Below are positions 1 to 9,177 of a stretch of DNA of 64,000 nt, piece by piece. The notes beneath the pieces are model-generated. The model was not told the origin of the DNA and made no database searches. It saw only the letters and a list, made by a program, of their open reading frames with translations. The translations under genes were made by a program, and so were the position numbers. The first letter of the stretch is position 1. Every line of letters starts with the position of its first letter. Source of the stretch: an uncultured Elusimicrobiaceae bacterium (GTDB taxonomy: Bacteria; Elusimicrobiota; Elusimicrobia; Elusimicrobiales; UBA9959). The stretch spans positions 17,975-81,974 of the forward strand of contig CAYPYG010000001.1 in the NCBI GenBank assembly GCA_964415175.1, given 5' to 3'.

Positions 1-1
1 C

Positions 2-937
2 GGCGCGCTGGCCAGGCTCACCGGCCTGCCCAGGCTGGCAGGGAAGCTCGGGCTCTTCCGCATGCTCGGCCTTGCGCCGCTGGAGAAGGCGGAGCGGGAG
101 GCCCCGCGCATGCCCTTCACTTTCCTGGCCGGGAAACTCTCCGCGGACCCCGAACTGGCCGACGCGCCCGGCGGTCCGGCGCCGGCCTGGGCCTATTTCG
201 CGCCCTGCGGACCCAACTACCTTTTCACCGCGGTCGGCGAGGCGACGGTGGCCCTGCTGAAACGCTTCCTGGGCAAAGGGCTGTTCTTCCACAATAACTG
301 CTGCGGGCTCCTGGCCTATAATTACGGCGACATACGCCACGCCAGGGAATTCGCGCGGCGCAACATAAAGAAGTACGAGGAGCTGAAGGAAAAGCACGGG
401 GAATTGAAGGTCGTAGGGGACTGCTCCTCCTGCACGGCCTTCATGAAGACCTACGAACAGCTCTTCACGGCCGAGCCGGAATGGCGGACCAGGGCGGCGG
501 CTTTCGCCGCCGCCGTGCGCGACGCCATAGAGGCCGTCCCATCCTCGGCCATGACCCACGCCCCCAGGGAGGAGCTGGCCGGGACGGGCAGGATAACCTA
601 CCACGATTCCTGCCGGGCCTGCCACGGGCAGGGCATACGGAAGGAGCCCCGCGAAGCACTGAAGACCCTGGCGGGGAAAAATTTCGTCGAGCTGCCCGAA
701 AGCGACTGGTGCTGCGGCGGGGCGGGCGCTTATTCTTTCACCCAGCCGGAGATGTCGGAGCGGATACTCCGGCGCAAGACCGCTAATATCGCCTCGGTCC
801 GGGCCGATACCGTGGCCGTGGGCGGCACCTCCTGCCTGCTGCAGATAAACGCCGGCCTGAAGCGGGATTATCCCCGGGCGAAGGCCGTGCATTACACCCA
901 GCTGCTGGAGCGGCTGACCAGGGTCAGGGGACGCTGA
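2..937 (+). CDS. (Fe-S)-binding oxidoreductase subunit, C-terminal part with two CCG cysteine-rich domains (GlcF/LutA/HdrD-like); 5' end runs off the window
   Basis: The frame is open from nt 2. Motifs NNCCGLLAY and YHDSCRACH...DWCCGGAGAYSF are present. The stop TGA 935-937 lies inside the left arm of the palindrome at 926-990. Confidence 0.75.
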   Translation, partial: GALARLTGLPRLAGKLGLFRMLGLAPLEKAEREAPRMPFTFLAGKLSADPELADAPGGPAPAWAYFAPCGPNYLFTAVGEATVALLKRFLGKGLFFHNNCCGLLAYNYGDIRHAREFARRNIKKYEELKEKHGELKVVGDCSSCTAFMKTYEQLFTAEPEWRTRAAAFAAAVRDAIEAVPSSAMTHAPREELAGTGRITYHDSCRACHGQGIRKEPREALKTLAGKNFVELPESDWCCGGAGAYSFTQPEMSERILRRKTANIASVRADTVAVGGTSCLLQINAGLKRDYPRAKAVHYTQLLERLTRVRGR

Positions 938-990
938 TTCCTAAATGACTGATCGATAGTAAATTAGTCATTTAGGAATCAGCGTCCCCT
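926..990. repeat. Palindromic element copy A: perfect 25-bp inverted repeat (AGGGGACGCTGATTCCTAAATGACT / reverse complement) with a 15-nt loop
   Basis: Arms 926-950 and 966-990 are exact reverse complements. The same arms, with one compensated change, recur at 45536-45632. Confidence 0.9.
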
Positions 991-991
991 T

Positions 992-1000
992 TGCTACAAT
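992..1000 (+). promoter_or_regulatory. Extended -10-like box TGCTACAAT, 6 nt upstream of ATG 1007 (candidate leaderless promoter)
   Basis: TGnTAnAAT motif; no Shine-Dalgarno sequence lies between the box and the ATG. Confidence 0.4.
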
Positions 1001-1006
1001 ATACCT

Positions 1007-2170
1007 ATGACGCGGGCTGAAGACCTCGAAAAACGGCTCGAGCTGCTGGTCAAGTTCGGCGGCAGCATCTCCACCGAGACCCACATCCACAAGCTGATCG
1101 AGCTCATCGCCGACCAGGTGAAGACGATTCTTGCCTGCGACCGCTGCACGGTCTTCGTGATCGACCGCCACACCAACGAGCTCTGGTCGCAGGTCGCCCA
1201 GGGCATGAACCAGCACACCGAGATCCGCATCCCGTACGGCCGCGGCATAGCCGGCCACGTGGCCGCCACCGGCCAGGTGATGAACATCACCGACGCCTAC
1301 GGCGACAGGCATTTCAACCAGGACACGGACCGCCTGACCGGCTACCGCACCAACACCATACTGGCCGTCCCGCTGCGCAACATAAACGGGCGCATCATAG
1401 GCGTCTTCGAGGTCATCAACAAGCTGACCGGCGTCTTCAACAAGGACGACGAGGGCATACTGCAGCTGCTGGGCTCCATCGCCTCCTCGGCCATCGAGAA
1501 CGCGCAGCTCTACGAGAGCCTTTCCAAGTCCCAGCTCGAGACCATCTACCGCCTCGCCGTCACGGCCGAGTACCGCGACCAGCAGGACACGGCCATCCAT
1601 CTGCGCCACATCAGCGAATACTCCGCCCTGCTGGCCGAGAGCGTCGGCCTGCCGCAGAAGGAGATAGAGAACATCCGCTACGCGAGCCCCCTGCACGACA
1701 TCGGCAAGGTGGGCATCGCCGACGCCATACTCCTCAAGCCCGGCAAGCTGACCGCCGACGAGTTCGAGGAGATGAAGAAGCACACCCTTTACGGCGCCAA
1801 GATCCTCTGCAACGCGGAGAGCACGCTGCTGCAGATCGCCTGCAAGATAGCCGGCTCCCATCACGAGAAGTTCGACGGCACGGGCTACCCGGCCCGGCTG
1901 CGCGGCGAGCAGATCCCGATCTACGCCCGCATCGTCTCGGTCGTGGACGTCTTCGACGCCCTCTGCATGCCGCGCGTCTACAAGCCCAAGTGGGAGCCCG
2001 AGCGGGCGCTGGAATACATAAGGAACGAGAGCGGCAGGGCCTTCGACCCGATGGTGGTGGACGCTTTCGAGCGGGTCTACGACCAGGTGGTCAAGATCTA
2101 CTCCCTTTCCGACGCCAGGACCACCGTCATCCCGGGCATAACCCGGGAGATCCACAAGCACAATTACTGA
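1007..2170 (+). CDS. GAF domain / HD-GYP domain protein (putative c-di-GMP phosphodiesterase)
   Basis: GAF-like N-terminal half; HD...HHEKFDGTGYP motif in the C-terminal half. Confidence 0.85.
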   Translation: MTRAEDLEKRLELLVKFGGSISTETHIHKLIELIADQVKTILACDRCTVFVIDRHTNELWSQVAQGMNQHTEIRIPYGRGIAGHVAATGQVMNITDAYGDRHFNQDTDRLTGYRTNTILAVPLRNINGRIIGVFEVINKLTGVFNKDDEGILQLLGSIASSAIENAQLYESLSKSQLETIYRLAVTAEYRDQQDTAIHLRHISEYSALLAESVGLPQKEIENIRYASPLHDIGKVGIADAILLKPGKLTADEFEEMKKHTLYGAKILCNAESTLLQIACKIAGSHHEKFDGTGYPARLRGEQIPIYARIVSVVDVFDALCMPRVYKPKWEPERALEYIRNESGRAFDPMVVDAFERVYDQVVKIYSLSDARTTVIPGITREIHKHNY

Positions 2171-2251
2171 TCCCCGGGCTGAAACTTCCGCCCCCACTCC
2201 GGCATCAAAAGGATGAACGATACCCCGGCCCCGGCCGGCAGGGAGGCTCAT

Positions 2252-2644
2252 ATGCGGGATATTGAAATAACTTTTCCCGGCGGCAAAAAAGTCGCGGCTG
2301 GATTCGACGGCTTCGAGATAATGACCGACCAGCCGGCGGCGGCGGGAGGCGAGGGCTCGGCGCCCTCGCCTTTCGACCTCTTCCTGGCTTCGCTGGGCAC
2401 CTGCGCCGGCATCTTCGTGCTGGGCTTCCTGCGGTCCAGGGGCCTCGCGACGGAAGGGCTGAGGATAATACAGTCGGTGGACTGGGACCCGGCCGCGCAC
2501 CGGCTGAGGAAGGTCTCGTTCAGGGTGGTATTGCCGTCCGGCTTCCCCGGGAAATACAGGGGCGCGGTGGTAAAGGCCGCCGAGCAGTGCCTGGTAAAGC
2601 GCACGCTTCACGACCCGCCGGAATTCGAGATAACGGCCGGCTAG
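2252..2644 (+). CDS. OsmC/Ohr family protein
   Basis: GEGSAPSPFDLFLASLGTCAGIF motif. GGGAGG lies 6 nt upstream of ATG 2252; the track start at 2213 is an alternative. Confidence 0.75.
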   Translation: MRDIEITFPGGKKVAAGFDGFEIMTDQPAAAGGEGSAPSPFDLFLASLGTCAGIFVLGFLRSRGLATEGLRIIQSVDWDPAAHRLRKVSFRVVLPSGFPGKYRGAVVKAAEQCLVKRTLHDPPEFEITAG

Positions 2645-3681
2645 ACTTTTATCTTGGCTATGGCCAGGCTGACCAGGACGAACTCCCCCCCGACGACGAA
2701 ATAGATCAGCGCTCCCCATTCCAGCGAGACCTGCGTCACGAGGAAAGCCGCGACGGAAAGGGCCGCCGCGGTGAGGGCCGATATCGAGACCACCCGGCGG
2801 CGCGAGAAGCCCAGGGCCTCAAGCCGCAGCGCGTAATGGTCCTTGCTGCCCAGGAAAGGGGAATGCCCCCGCCTCAGGCGCATCACGGAGACGAAAAGAG
2901 TGTCGTAGATGGGCAGAGCCAGTATGAACAGCGGGGCGTAGACGCCCAGGGGGTTGAGGTTGGTATAGCTCGTGCCCATGGCTATGACGGCCAGCGTGTA
3001 GCCGCAGAAGAGACTGCCCGAGTCCCCCATGAAGATCTTCAGCCGCCTGGAAAAATTGTAGGGCAGGAACCCCAGCGCCGCTCCGCAAAGGGCCGCCGAC
3101 GCGAAATTGACGTAGATGGACTCCGACGGCAGCGCTATCAGCAGGAAACCGGCCGCGGCCAGCGCCGCCTGGCTGGCCGAAAGGCCGTCCATGATGTCTA
3201 TGATGTTGAAAGCGTTGGAGACCCCGACTATCCAGAGCACGCTCAGGGCCGCGGCCAGGTAGCCCGGCTGAAGGAAGTCTATCCGTATCCCGTAAAAGAC
3301 CGTGAAGAAGGCCACGGCGGCCTGGACCGCGAACTTCGTCCTGACACCGAGGCCGTGAGGCTTTTTCAGGTCGTCGATCAGGCCGAGCAGCAGCATGACG
3401 GCCCCGCCGGTGAGCAGTATCCTCAGGTCGCGGAGCGTGCCCGTAGGGAAGTCGGTAAGGAAGCGCACGGTTATCAGCGAGGCGGCGAAGGCGGCCGCCA
3501 CCGCCACGCCGCCCAGCAGCGGCGTCGCCACTTTATGGGTCTTAACGTGAGTGGAGGGCGCGTCCAGGTGGCCGAACCTCACCGCCAGCGCCCGCAGGAG
3601 CGGGGTCAGGGAAAGGGAAAGCAGCAGCGCGCCCAGGAAACAGGCGAGGTAAAGGTAGAAATTCTGGACCAGGGCTTCCAT
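2641..3681 (-). CDS. Polyprenyl-phosphate HexNAc-1-phosphate transferase (WecA/MraY family, GT4)
   Basis: About 10 TM helices with NAFNIIDIMDGL and FMGDSGSLF motifs. The ATG at 3681 overlaps the upstream stop (ATGA). The longer 543-aa track ORF is an artefactual extension. Confidence 0.85.
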   Translation of the reverse strand: MEALVQNFYLYLACFLGALLLSLSLTPLLRALAVRFGHLDAPSTHVKTHKVATPLLGGVAVAAAFAASLITVRFLTDFPTGTLRDLRILLTGGAVMLLLGLIDDLKKPHGLGVRTKFAVQAAVAFFTVFYGIRIDFLQPGYLAAALSVLWIVGVSNAFNIIDIMDGLSASQAALAAAGFLLIALPSESIYVNFASAALCGAALGFLPYNFSRRLKIFMGDSGSLFCGYTLAVIAMGTSYTNLNPLGVYAPLFILALPIYDTLFVSVMRLRRGHSPFLGSKDHYALRLEALGFSRRRVVSISALTAAALSVAAFLVTQVSLEWGALIYFVVGGEFVLVSLAIAKIKV

Positions 3682-4406
3682 CAGCGGGACCGGGGAGGGA
3701 AGGAGCTTGGGCGCAGCGACAGGCGCAGCCGGAGTATCTTCAGCACGCCCTTCACCGCGTCGCGGAAATCTATCTTTTTCCCCTCCTCCCGCGAACGGGG
3801 CGAATAGGCGATGGGCACCTCCAGGAAACGGAGCCCGAGGAAAGCCGTCTTGCAGGAGAGTTCGGCCTCTATCTCGAAACCCGTCGAGACAAGGCCGAAG
3901 CGGCGCAGTTCCGCGGCGCGGAAAGCCTTGTAGCAGGTGTAGGAATCCGTCATCCGCACGCCGAACAGGACCGAGATCAGGAAGGAGAGGAACCTGTTGC
4001 CGGCCAGGTAGAGACGGCTGTAGGTCCTGACGCCGGAGGAGAGCATGCGCGAGCCGAAGACGGCGTCGGCGCGGCCCTCGGCTACGGGCCGCACCACCTC
4101 CGCTATCTGCAGGGGGTCGTACTCCAGGTCCGCGTCCTGTACGATCACGGCTTCGCCCGCCGCGGCTCCGAAACCGGTTATGAGCGCGCCGCCCTTGCCG
4201 CGGTTCCGCTCGTGCTTTATCAGCCTCAATTCGTAGGGGAAACGCCGCTCCGCGATAGCCCCGTCCAGCCATTCCCTGGAGCCGTCGGACGACCCGTCGT
4301 CGACCACCACCACTTCCTTGTCGATAGGGAGGGCCTTGAGCCTTTCCAGGACCGCGGGCAGGGTCCGCATCTCGTTATAGGAGGGTATTATGATGGAAAC
4401 TTTCAT
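3681..4406 (-). CDS. Family 2 glycosyltransferase, ArnC/GtrB/DPM1-like (polyprenol-phosphate sugar synthase type)
   Basis: MKVSIIIPSYNE...VVDDGSSDGS...QDADLE motifs; clear paralog of 7361-8068. Confidence 0.8.
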   Translation of the reverse strand: MKVSIIIPSYNEMRTLPAVLERLKALPIDKEVVVVDDGSSDGSREWLDGAIAERRFPYELRLIKHERNRGKGGALITGFGAAAGEAVIVQDADLEYDPLQIAEVVRPVAEGRADAVFGSRMLSSGVRTYSRLYLAGNRFLSFLISVLFGVRMTDSYTCYKAFRAAELRRFGLVSTGFEIEAELSCKTAFLGLRFLEVPIAYSPRSREEGKKIDFRDAVKGVLKILRLRLSLRPSSFPPRSR

Positions 4407-4512
4407 TATGGGGCCCGGCGGCTCGCGGGAGATTCAATTATACAATAAAGACCCTTTTTTTATAGAATTAGGGCTCGGGCGGCGGAAAAGCCGCCCCACG
4501 GAGGCGAAACCG

Positions 4513-5643
4513 ATGAAAGTTCCCATGGTAGACATGCTCGCGGGCTATCCCCCCATACGCGAAGAGATAGAGAACGCGGTCAAGGCCGTGTTCAACAAGG
4601 CCAATTTCATACTGGGCGAAGAAGTAAAGAAGTTCGAGGCCGAGTTCGCCGCCCATAACGGCGCCAAATACTGCGTGGGCGTGGCCAACGGCACCGACGC
4701 CCTGCGCATGGCCTATATAGCCAGCGGCATCAAGGCCGGAGACGAGGTCATCACCTCCCCCTTCACCTTCATCGCCACCTCCGAGACCATCTCCCAGATC
4801 GGCGCGGTCCCCGTGTTCGCCGACATCGACCCCGTCACCTTCAACCTCGACCCGAAGTCGGTCGAGAAGAAGATAACGAAGAAAACGAAGGCCATCGTCC
4901 CCGTCCACCTCTACGGCCTCCCCTGCGACATGGACGCTTTAATGGCGCTGGCCAGGAAGCATGACCTTATCGTCGTGGAGGACACCGCGCAGGCTTTCAC
5001 CGGCAAGTACAAACCGGCGGGCGGCGACTGGAAATACCTCGGCACGCTGGGACACTGCGGCACCTACAGCTTCTTCCCGGCCAAGAACCTCGGCGCCTTC
5101 GGCGACGGCGGCGCGGTGGTCACCAACGACCAGAAGATCTACGACACGCTGATCCAGCTGCGCAATCACGGCAGCAAGGTGCGCTACCATCACGAGATGG
5201 AGGGTTTCAACAGCCGCCTCGACACCGTGCAGGCGGCCGTCCTGTCCATCCGCCTGAAGCACGTGGAGAAGTGGACCGAGATGCGCAACAAGGTGGCCGC
5301 CGGGTACGCGAAAGCCCTCGAGGGCGTCTGCGTGACCCCGGTCGTCCCGGCCAATGCCCGCCACTCGTTCAACTACTACACGATACGCTTCGACTCCAAG
5401 GCCAAGCGCGACAACGCGCAGAAGCACCTGACGGAGCAGGGGATAGCCAACCAGATCTACTATCCCATAGCCCTGCACCTGCAGGAGGCTTATAAGCACC
5501 TGGGCGGCAAGCGCGGGGATTTGCCCGTCTGCGACGCCGTGATGGACACCGTCTTCTCGCTGCCCATGTACCCGGAACTCAGCGACGAACAGATAAAGAC
5601 GGTCACCGACGCGGTAAAAGCGTCGCTCAAGGCCGCGGTCTGA
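4513..5643 (+). CDS. DegT/DnrJ/EryC1/StrS family sugar aminotransferase
   Basis: Whole-length family resemblance (GAKYCVGVANGTDAL, FFPAKNLGAFGDGGA). GGAGG lies upstream of ATG 4513; the track start 4390 is an extension. Confidence 0.85.
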   Translation: MKVPMVDMLAGYPPIREEIENAVKAVFNKANFILGEEVKKFEAEFAAHNGAKYCVGVANGTDALRMAYIASGIKAGDEVITSPFTFIATSETISQIGAVPVFADIDPVTFNLDPKSVEKKITKKTKAIVPVHLYGLPCDMDALMALARKHDLIVVEDTAQAFTGKYKPAGGDWKYLGTLGHCGTYSFFPAKNLGAFGDGGAVVTNDQKIYDTLIQLRNHGSKVRYHHEMEGFNSRLDTVQAAVLSIRLKHVEKWTEMRNKVAAGYAKALEGVCVTPVVPANARHSFNYYTIRFDSKAKRDNAQKHLTEQGIANQIYYPIALHLQEAYKHLGGKRGDLPVCDAVMDTVFSLPMYPELSDEQIKTVTDAVKASLKAAV

Positions 5644-5653
5644 GGCCCGGCCG

Positions 5654-6643
5654 ATGAACTGGCGCGGAAGCAGGGTACTCATAACCGGCGGGAGCGGCTT
5701 CATAGGGAGCCACCTCACGGAAAGGCTGGTCAGGCTGGGGGCCAGGGTGACCGCCCTGCTGGAATACACCCCCTACAACGACCTCGGCGCGCTCAAGCAC
5801 GCGCCGCGGCAGCTGCTCTCGCAGATCGAGTTCGTGCCGGGCGACCTGCGCGACCCGGAGATGGTGAAGAAACTGCTCAGGAAGAAGGACGTGGTCTTCC
5901 ACCTCGGGGCACTGGTGGGGATCCCGTACTCCTACGTGAACCCGCGCGAAGTGTTCGAGGTCAACGCCCTGGGTACGCTCAACGTGCTGCTGGCCGCGCG
6001 CGACGCCGGCGCCAGCAAGGTCGTCACCACCTCCACCTCCGAGGTCTACGGCACCGCCCTCTACACCCCGATAGACGAGAAGCACCCGCTGCAGGCCCAG
6101 TCCCCCTACTCCGCCAGCAAGATAGCGGCCGACAAGATAGCGGAGTCCTTCAACCGCACCTACGGGCTGCCGGTGGCGGTCATACGGCCCTTCAACACCT
6201 ACGGTCCCCGCCAGTCGGACAGGGCGATAATCCCGACCATCATCGCCCAGGCCCTTACGAAGCGGACGGTCAAGCTGGGCGCCCTCGCCCCGCGCAGGGA
6301 CCTCAACTACGTGGCGGACACGGTGGACGGCTTCGTAAAGACCGCCGAATCGCCGCGCGCGGTGGGCAGGGTGATAAACATAGGCACCGGGCGCGATATC
6401 TCCGTCGGGGAGCTGGCGGCCGAGATACTGCGGCTGATGGGCCGCAAGGTCAGGATAGAGACGACGAGCGCGCGGAAGCGCCCGAAGGCCAGCGAGGTGA
6501 TGCAGCTGCTCTGCGACAACTCCCTGGCGGCCGGCCTGATAGGCTGGAAGCCGCGCACCACGCTCGAAAGCGGCCTGAAGCAGACCATCGACTGGATAAA
6601 GTCGCACTCGGAAGGCTACAGCCCGGACAAGTACAATATCTGA
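5654..6643 (+). CDS. NAD-dependent sugar epimerase/dehydratase (extended SDR)
   Basis: VLITGGSGFIGSHL Rossmann motif; YSASK catalytic motif. Confidence 0.85.
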   Translation: MNWRGSRVLITGGSGFIGSHLTERLVRLGARVTALLEYTPYNDLGALKHAPRQLLSQIEFVPGDLRDPEMVKKLLRKKDVVFHLGALVGIPYSYVNPREVFEVNALGTLNVLLAARDAGASKVVTTSTSEVYGTALYTPIDEKHPLQAQSPYSASKIAADKIAESFNRTYGLPVAVIRPFNTYGPRQSDRAIIPTIIAQALTKRTVKLGALAPRRDLNYVADTVDGFVKTAESPRAVGRVINIGTGRDISVGELAAEILRLMGRKVRIETTSARKRPKASEVMQLLCDNSLAAGLIGWKPRTTLESGLKQTIDWIKSHSEGYSPDKYNI

Positions 6644-6665
6644 AGCGGGGGAAAGGGGAACTCGG

Positions 6666-7364
6666 ATGAAAGCGGTCATAATAGCCGGCGGCTGCGGTAC
6701 CAGGCTCCGCCCTTTCACTTTCTCCATACCCAAGCCGCTCCTGCCGGTGGACGAGAAGCCGATACTGGAGCACATGGTCCTCCGCCTCAGGGCGCTGGGA
6801 ATAAAGGACATAATCCTCACCCTCGGTTACGGCGCGGAACTGATAGAGGCCTATTTCGGCGGCGGCAGGAAGTTCGGCGTCAGCATCGGCTACACGAGGG
6901 AGCGCCGCCCTCTCGGCACCGCCGGTCCGCTGAAGCTCATAAAAGGCCTGCGCGAGCCCTTCCTGGTGATGAACGGCGACATCCTCACCCGGCTGGATTT
7001 CAGGAAATTCATGACCGCCCACCGGCGCTCGGGCGCGGACCTGACCATCGCGGCGCGCAAATACTCCGACCGCCTCCCTTTCGGCACGGTCTCGGTCTCC
7101 GGCGGCAGGGTCACCGGCATAACCGAAAAACCCGTGACGGAACATCTCGTCTCGGCCGGCATCTACGCCGTCTCGCCCTGCGCCCTGCGCAGGATCCCCC
7201 GCGAGGGGGCCTTCACCATGCCGGAACTGGTGAACTCGCTGCTGGCCGCCGGCAGGCACGTCGGCATGTACGAATTCTCCGATTACTGGCTGGGGATAGA
7301 GAAGGCGTCCCAGCTGGAGGAAGCGGCGCAGGAGGCGCGCCTCCTGCGCACCCGACCCGGATGA
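6666..7364 (+). CDS. Sugar-phosphate nucleotidyltransferase
   Basis: MKAVIIAGGCGTRLRPFT signature of the NTP_transferase family. Confidence 0.8.
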   Translation: MKAVIIAGGCGTRLRPFTFSIPKPLLPVDEKPILEHMVLRLRALGIKDIILTLGYGAELIEAYFGGGRKFGVSIGYTRERRPLGTAGPLKLIKGLREPFLVMNGDILTRLDFRKFMTAHRRSGADLTIAARKYSDRLPFGTVSVSGGRVTGITEKPVTEHLVSAGIYAVSPCALRRIPREGAFTMPELVNSLLAAGRHVGMYEFSDYWLGIEKASQLEEAAQEARLLRTRPG

Positions 7365-8068
7365 AGCTTTCCGTCATAATCCCCTCCTACAACGAGGCCG
7401 CGACCGTGCGCGAGATCATCGCTCGCGTCCGCCGCGTGCCCGTGGACATGGAGAAGGAGATCATAGTGGTCGACGGCGCCTCTTCCGACGGCACCAGGGA
7501 GGCGCTGCGCGCAGAGGAGGCCGTCCCCGGCACGCGCGTCATATACGAGGAGCGCCGGGAAGGAAAGGGGGCCGCCGTGCGCAAGGGCCTCGAGGCCGCC
7601 ACGGGCGAAATCGCCCTCATACAGGACGCGGACCTGGAGGTCAGTCCCGAGGAATATCCCGCCCTGCTGCGTCCCATCCTGGACGGCGAGAGCGACGTGG
7701 TCTTCGGCTCCCGCTTCCTGGGCGGGGCCAGGTTCAGGACCGCCAGCCTGATAGCCAACCGGGTGATCATCGCCCTGACCAACCTCCTTTACGGCGCCGG
7801 CATGACCGACGTGCTCACCTGCTACAAAGTCTTCAGGCTCAGAACGCTGGAGGGGATGAGGTTCACCTGCAACGGCTTCGATTTCGATACCGAGCTGGCC
7901 GTCAGTCTCATCAGGCGCGGGGTCAGGATAAAGGAGATCCCGATAAGCTACACCCCCCGCACCTACGGCGAGGGCAAGAAGATCAACTGGAAGGACGGCT
8001 TCATGGCGGTCTGGAACGTTATCAGGCTCCGGTTCTCGCGGCGAGCGGGGAAGGCGGGACTTCCATGA
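7361..8068 (+). CDS. Family 2 glycosyltransferase, ArnC/GtrB/DPM1-like
   Basis: MKLSVIIPSYNE...QDADLE...TCYKVFR...EGKKI motifs; ATGA overlap with the upstream gene. Confidence 0.8.
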   Translation: MKLSVIIPSYNEAATVREIIARVRRVPVDMEKEIIVVDGASSDGTREALRAEEAVPGTRVIYEERREGKGAAVRKGLEAATGEIALIQDADLEVSPEEYPALLRPILDGESDVVFGSRFLGGARFRTASLIANRVIIALTNLLYGAGMTDVLTCYKVFRLRTLEGMRFTCNGFDFDTELAVSLIRRGVRIKEIPISYTPRTYGEGKKINWKDGFMAVWNVIRLRFSRRAGKAGLP

Positions 8069-9177
8069 CGAAGAACGCCCCTCCCCCCCCACTCACGCGG
8101 CGAATAGATCTGAACGTGGGCTATTCCTGCAACATCAAGTGCAGTTTCTGCTATTATCTCACCGACGTCAAGGCCCGCGACCGCGACAAGGACCTGACCA
8201 CGGAGCAGTGCAGGACCCTCATCAGGCGCCATTACGCGGAGGGACTTCGCGTGCTGGAGTTCACCGGCGGAGAGCCCACCATACGCCGCGACCTTTTCGA
8301 CCTGGTCCGCTTCGCGAAAGAGACGGGGTTCCCCAGGGTCTCGGTCATCACCAACGGCCTGAGGCTCTCCGACAAGGAATACGCCCGCGGCCTGGCGGCG
8401 GCCGGAGTGGAGGACTTTCTTTTCTCGGTGCACGGCTCCACCGCCGCCCTCCACGATTCCGTGACCAACGTCCCCGGCAGCTTCGACCGGCTCATGAAGG
8501 CCGTACGCAACGCTCAGTCCCTTGGCGCCAAGGTCCGCTGCAACTCGGTCGTCACGGGAGTCAACCTGTCGGATGTGTACGGCAGAGCGCGGCTCTTCCG
8601 GGACCTGGGCATCAAGACCGTCAATTTCATCCTCTTCAACCCCATCCAGCAGCAGACCGAGGGCGCCGACGAAAGCAACTTCCTGCGCTACTCGGACGCG
8701 GCAGCGGAACTGAAGCGGGCCATGACGGACTTCGGGCCGGACTTCGACAAGTTCACGGTCAGGTACCTGCCGTTCTGCCTGATGCCGGGTCTCGAAAGGC
8801 ACGTGCAGAACGTGCCCCAGGTCCATTACGACCACGACGAATGGGACTACTATCACCGGTCCCGAGTGCGCGAACCTCTCTGGAAATGGCTGGGCGGCCT
8901 GCTGGCCGGCGCCGCCGTACTGCCTGGCAAGCGGTTCTGGCTGTCCTGCGGCTGGGACCATTTCTGGCACGCCGCCATACTGCAGGCCCACTCACTGCTC
9001 CACAAACGCATGTTCCCCAAGTGCCGGCGCTGCTCTTTCGCCCGCATCTGCGGCGGGGTCTGGAACGAATACGCCCTCCGCTTCGGGGACTCCGAACTGA
9101 TCTCCGTCCCCGGCCCGGTCCTGGCGGAGCCCTGGCATTTCATGGACGAGTCCCAGCGCGCGGAGACCCGGCGGTGA
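8065..9177 (+). CDS. Radical SAM protein with SPASM/twitch-like C-terminal Cys cluster
   Basis: CNIKCSFC (CxxxCxxC) near the N-terminus; CRRCSFARICGG near the C-terminus; ATGA overlap upstream. Confidence 0.75.
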   Translation: MTKNAPPPPLTRRIDLNVGYSCNIKCSFCYYLTDVKARDRDKDLTTEQCRTLIRRHYAEGLRVLEFTGGEPTIRRDLFDLVRFAKETGFPRVSVITNGLRLSDKEYARGLAAAGVEDFLFSVHGSTAALHDSVTNVPGSFDRLMKAVRNAQSLGAKVRCNSVVTGVNLSDVYGRARLFRDLGIKTVNFILFNPIQQQTEGADESNFLRYSDAAAELKRAMTDFGPDFDKFTVRYLPFCLMPGLERHVQNVPQVHYDHDEWDYYHRSRVREPLWKWLGGLLAGAAVLPGKRFWLSCGWDHFWHAAILQAHSLLHKRMFPKCRRCSFARICGGVWNEYALRFGDSELISVPGPVLAEPWHFMDESQRAETRR

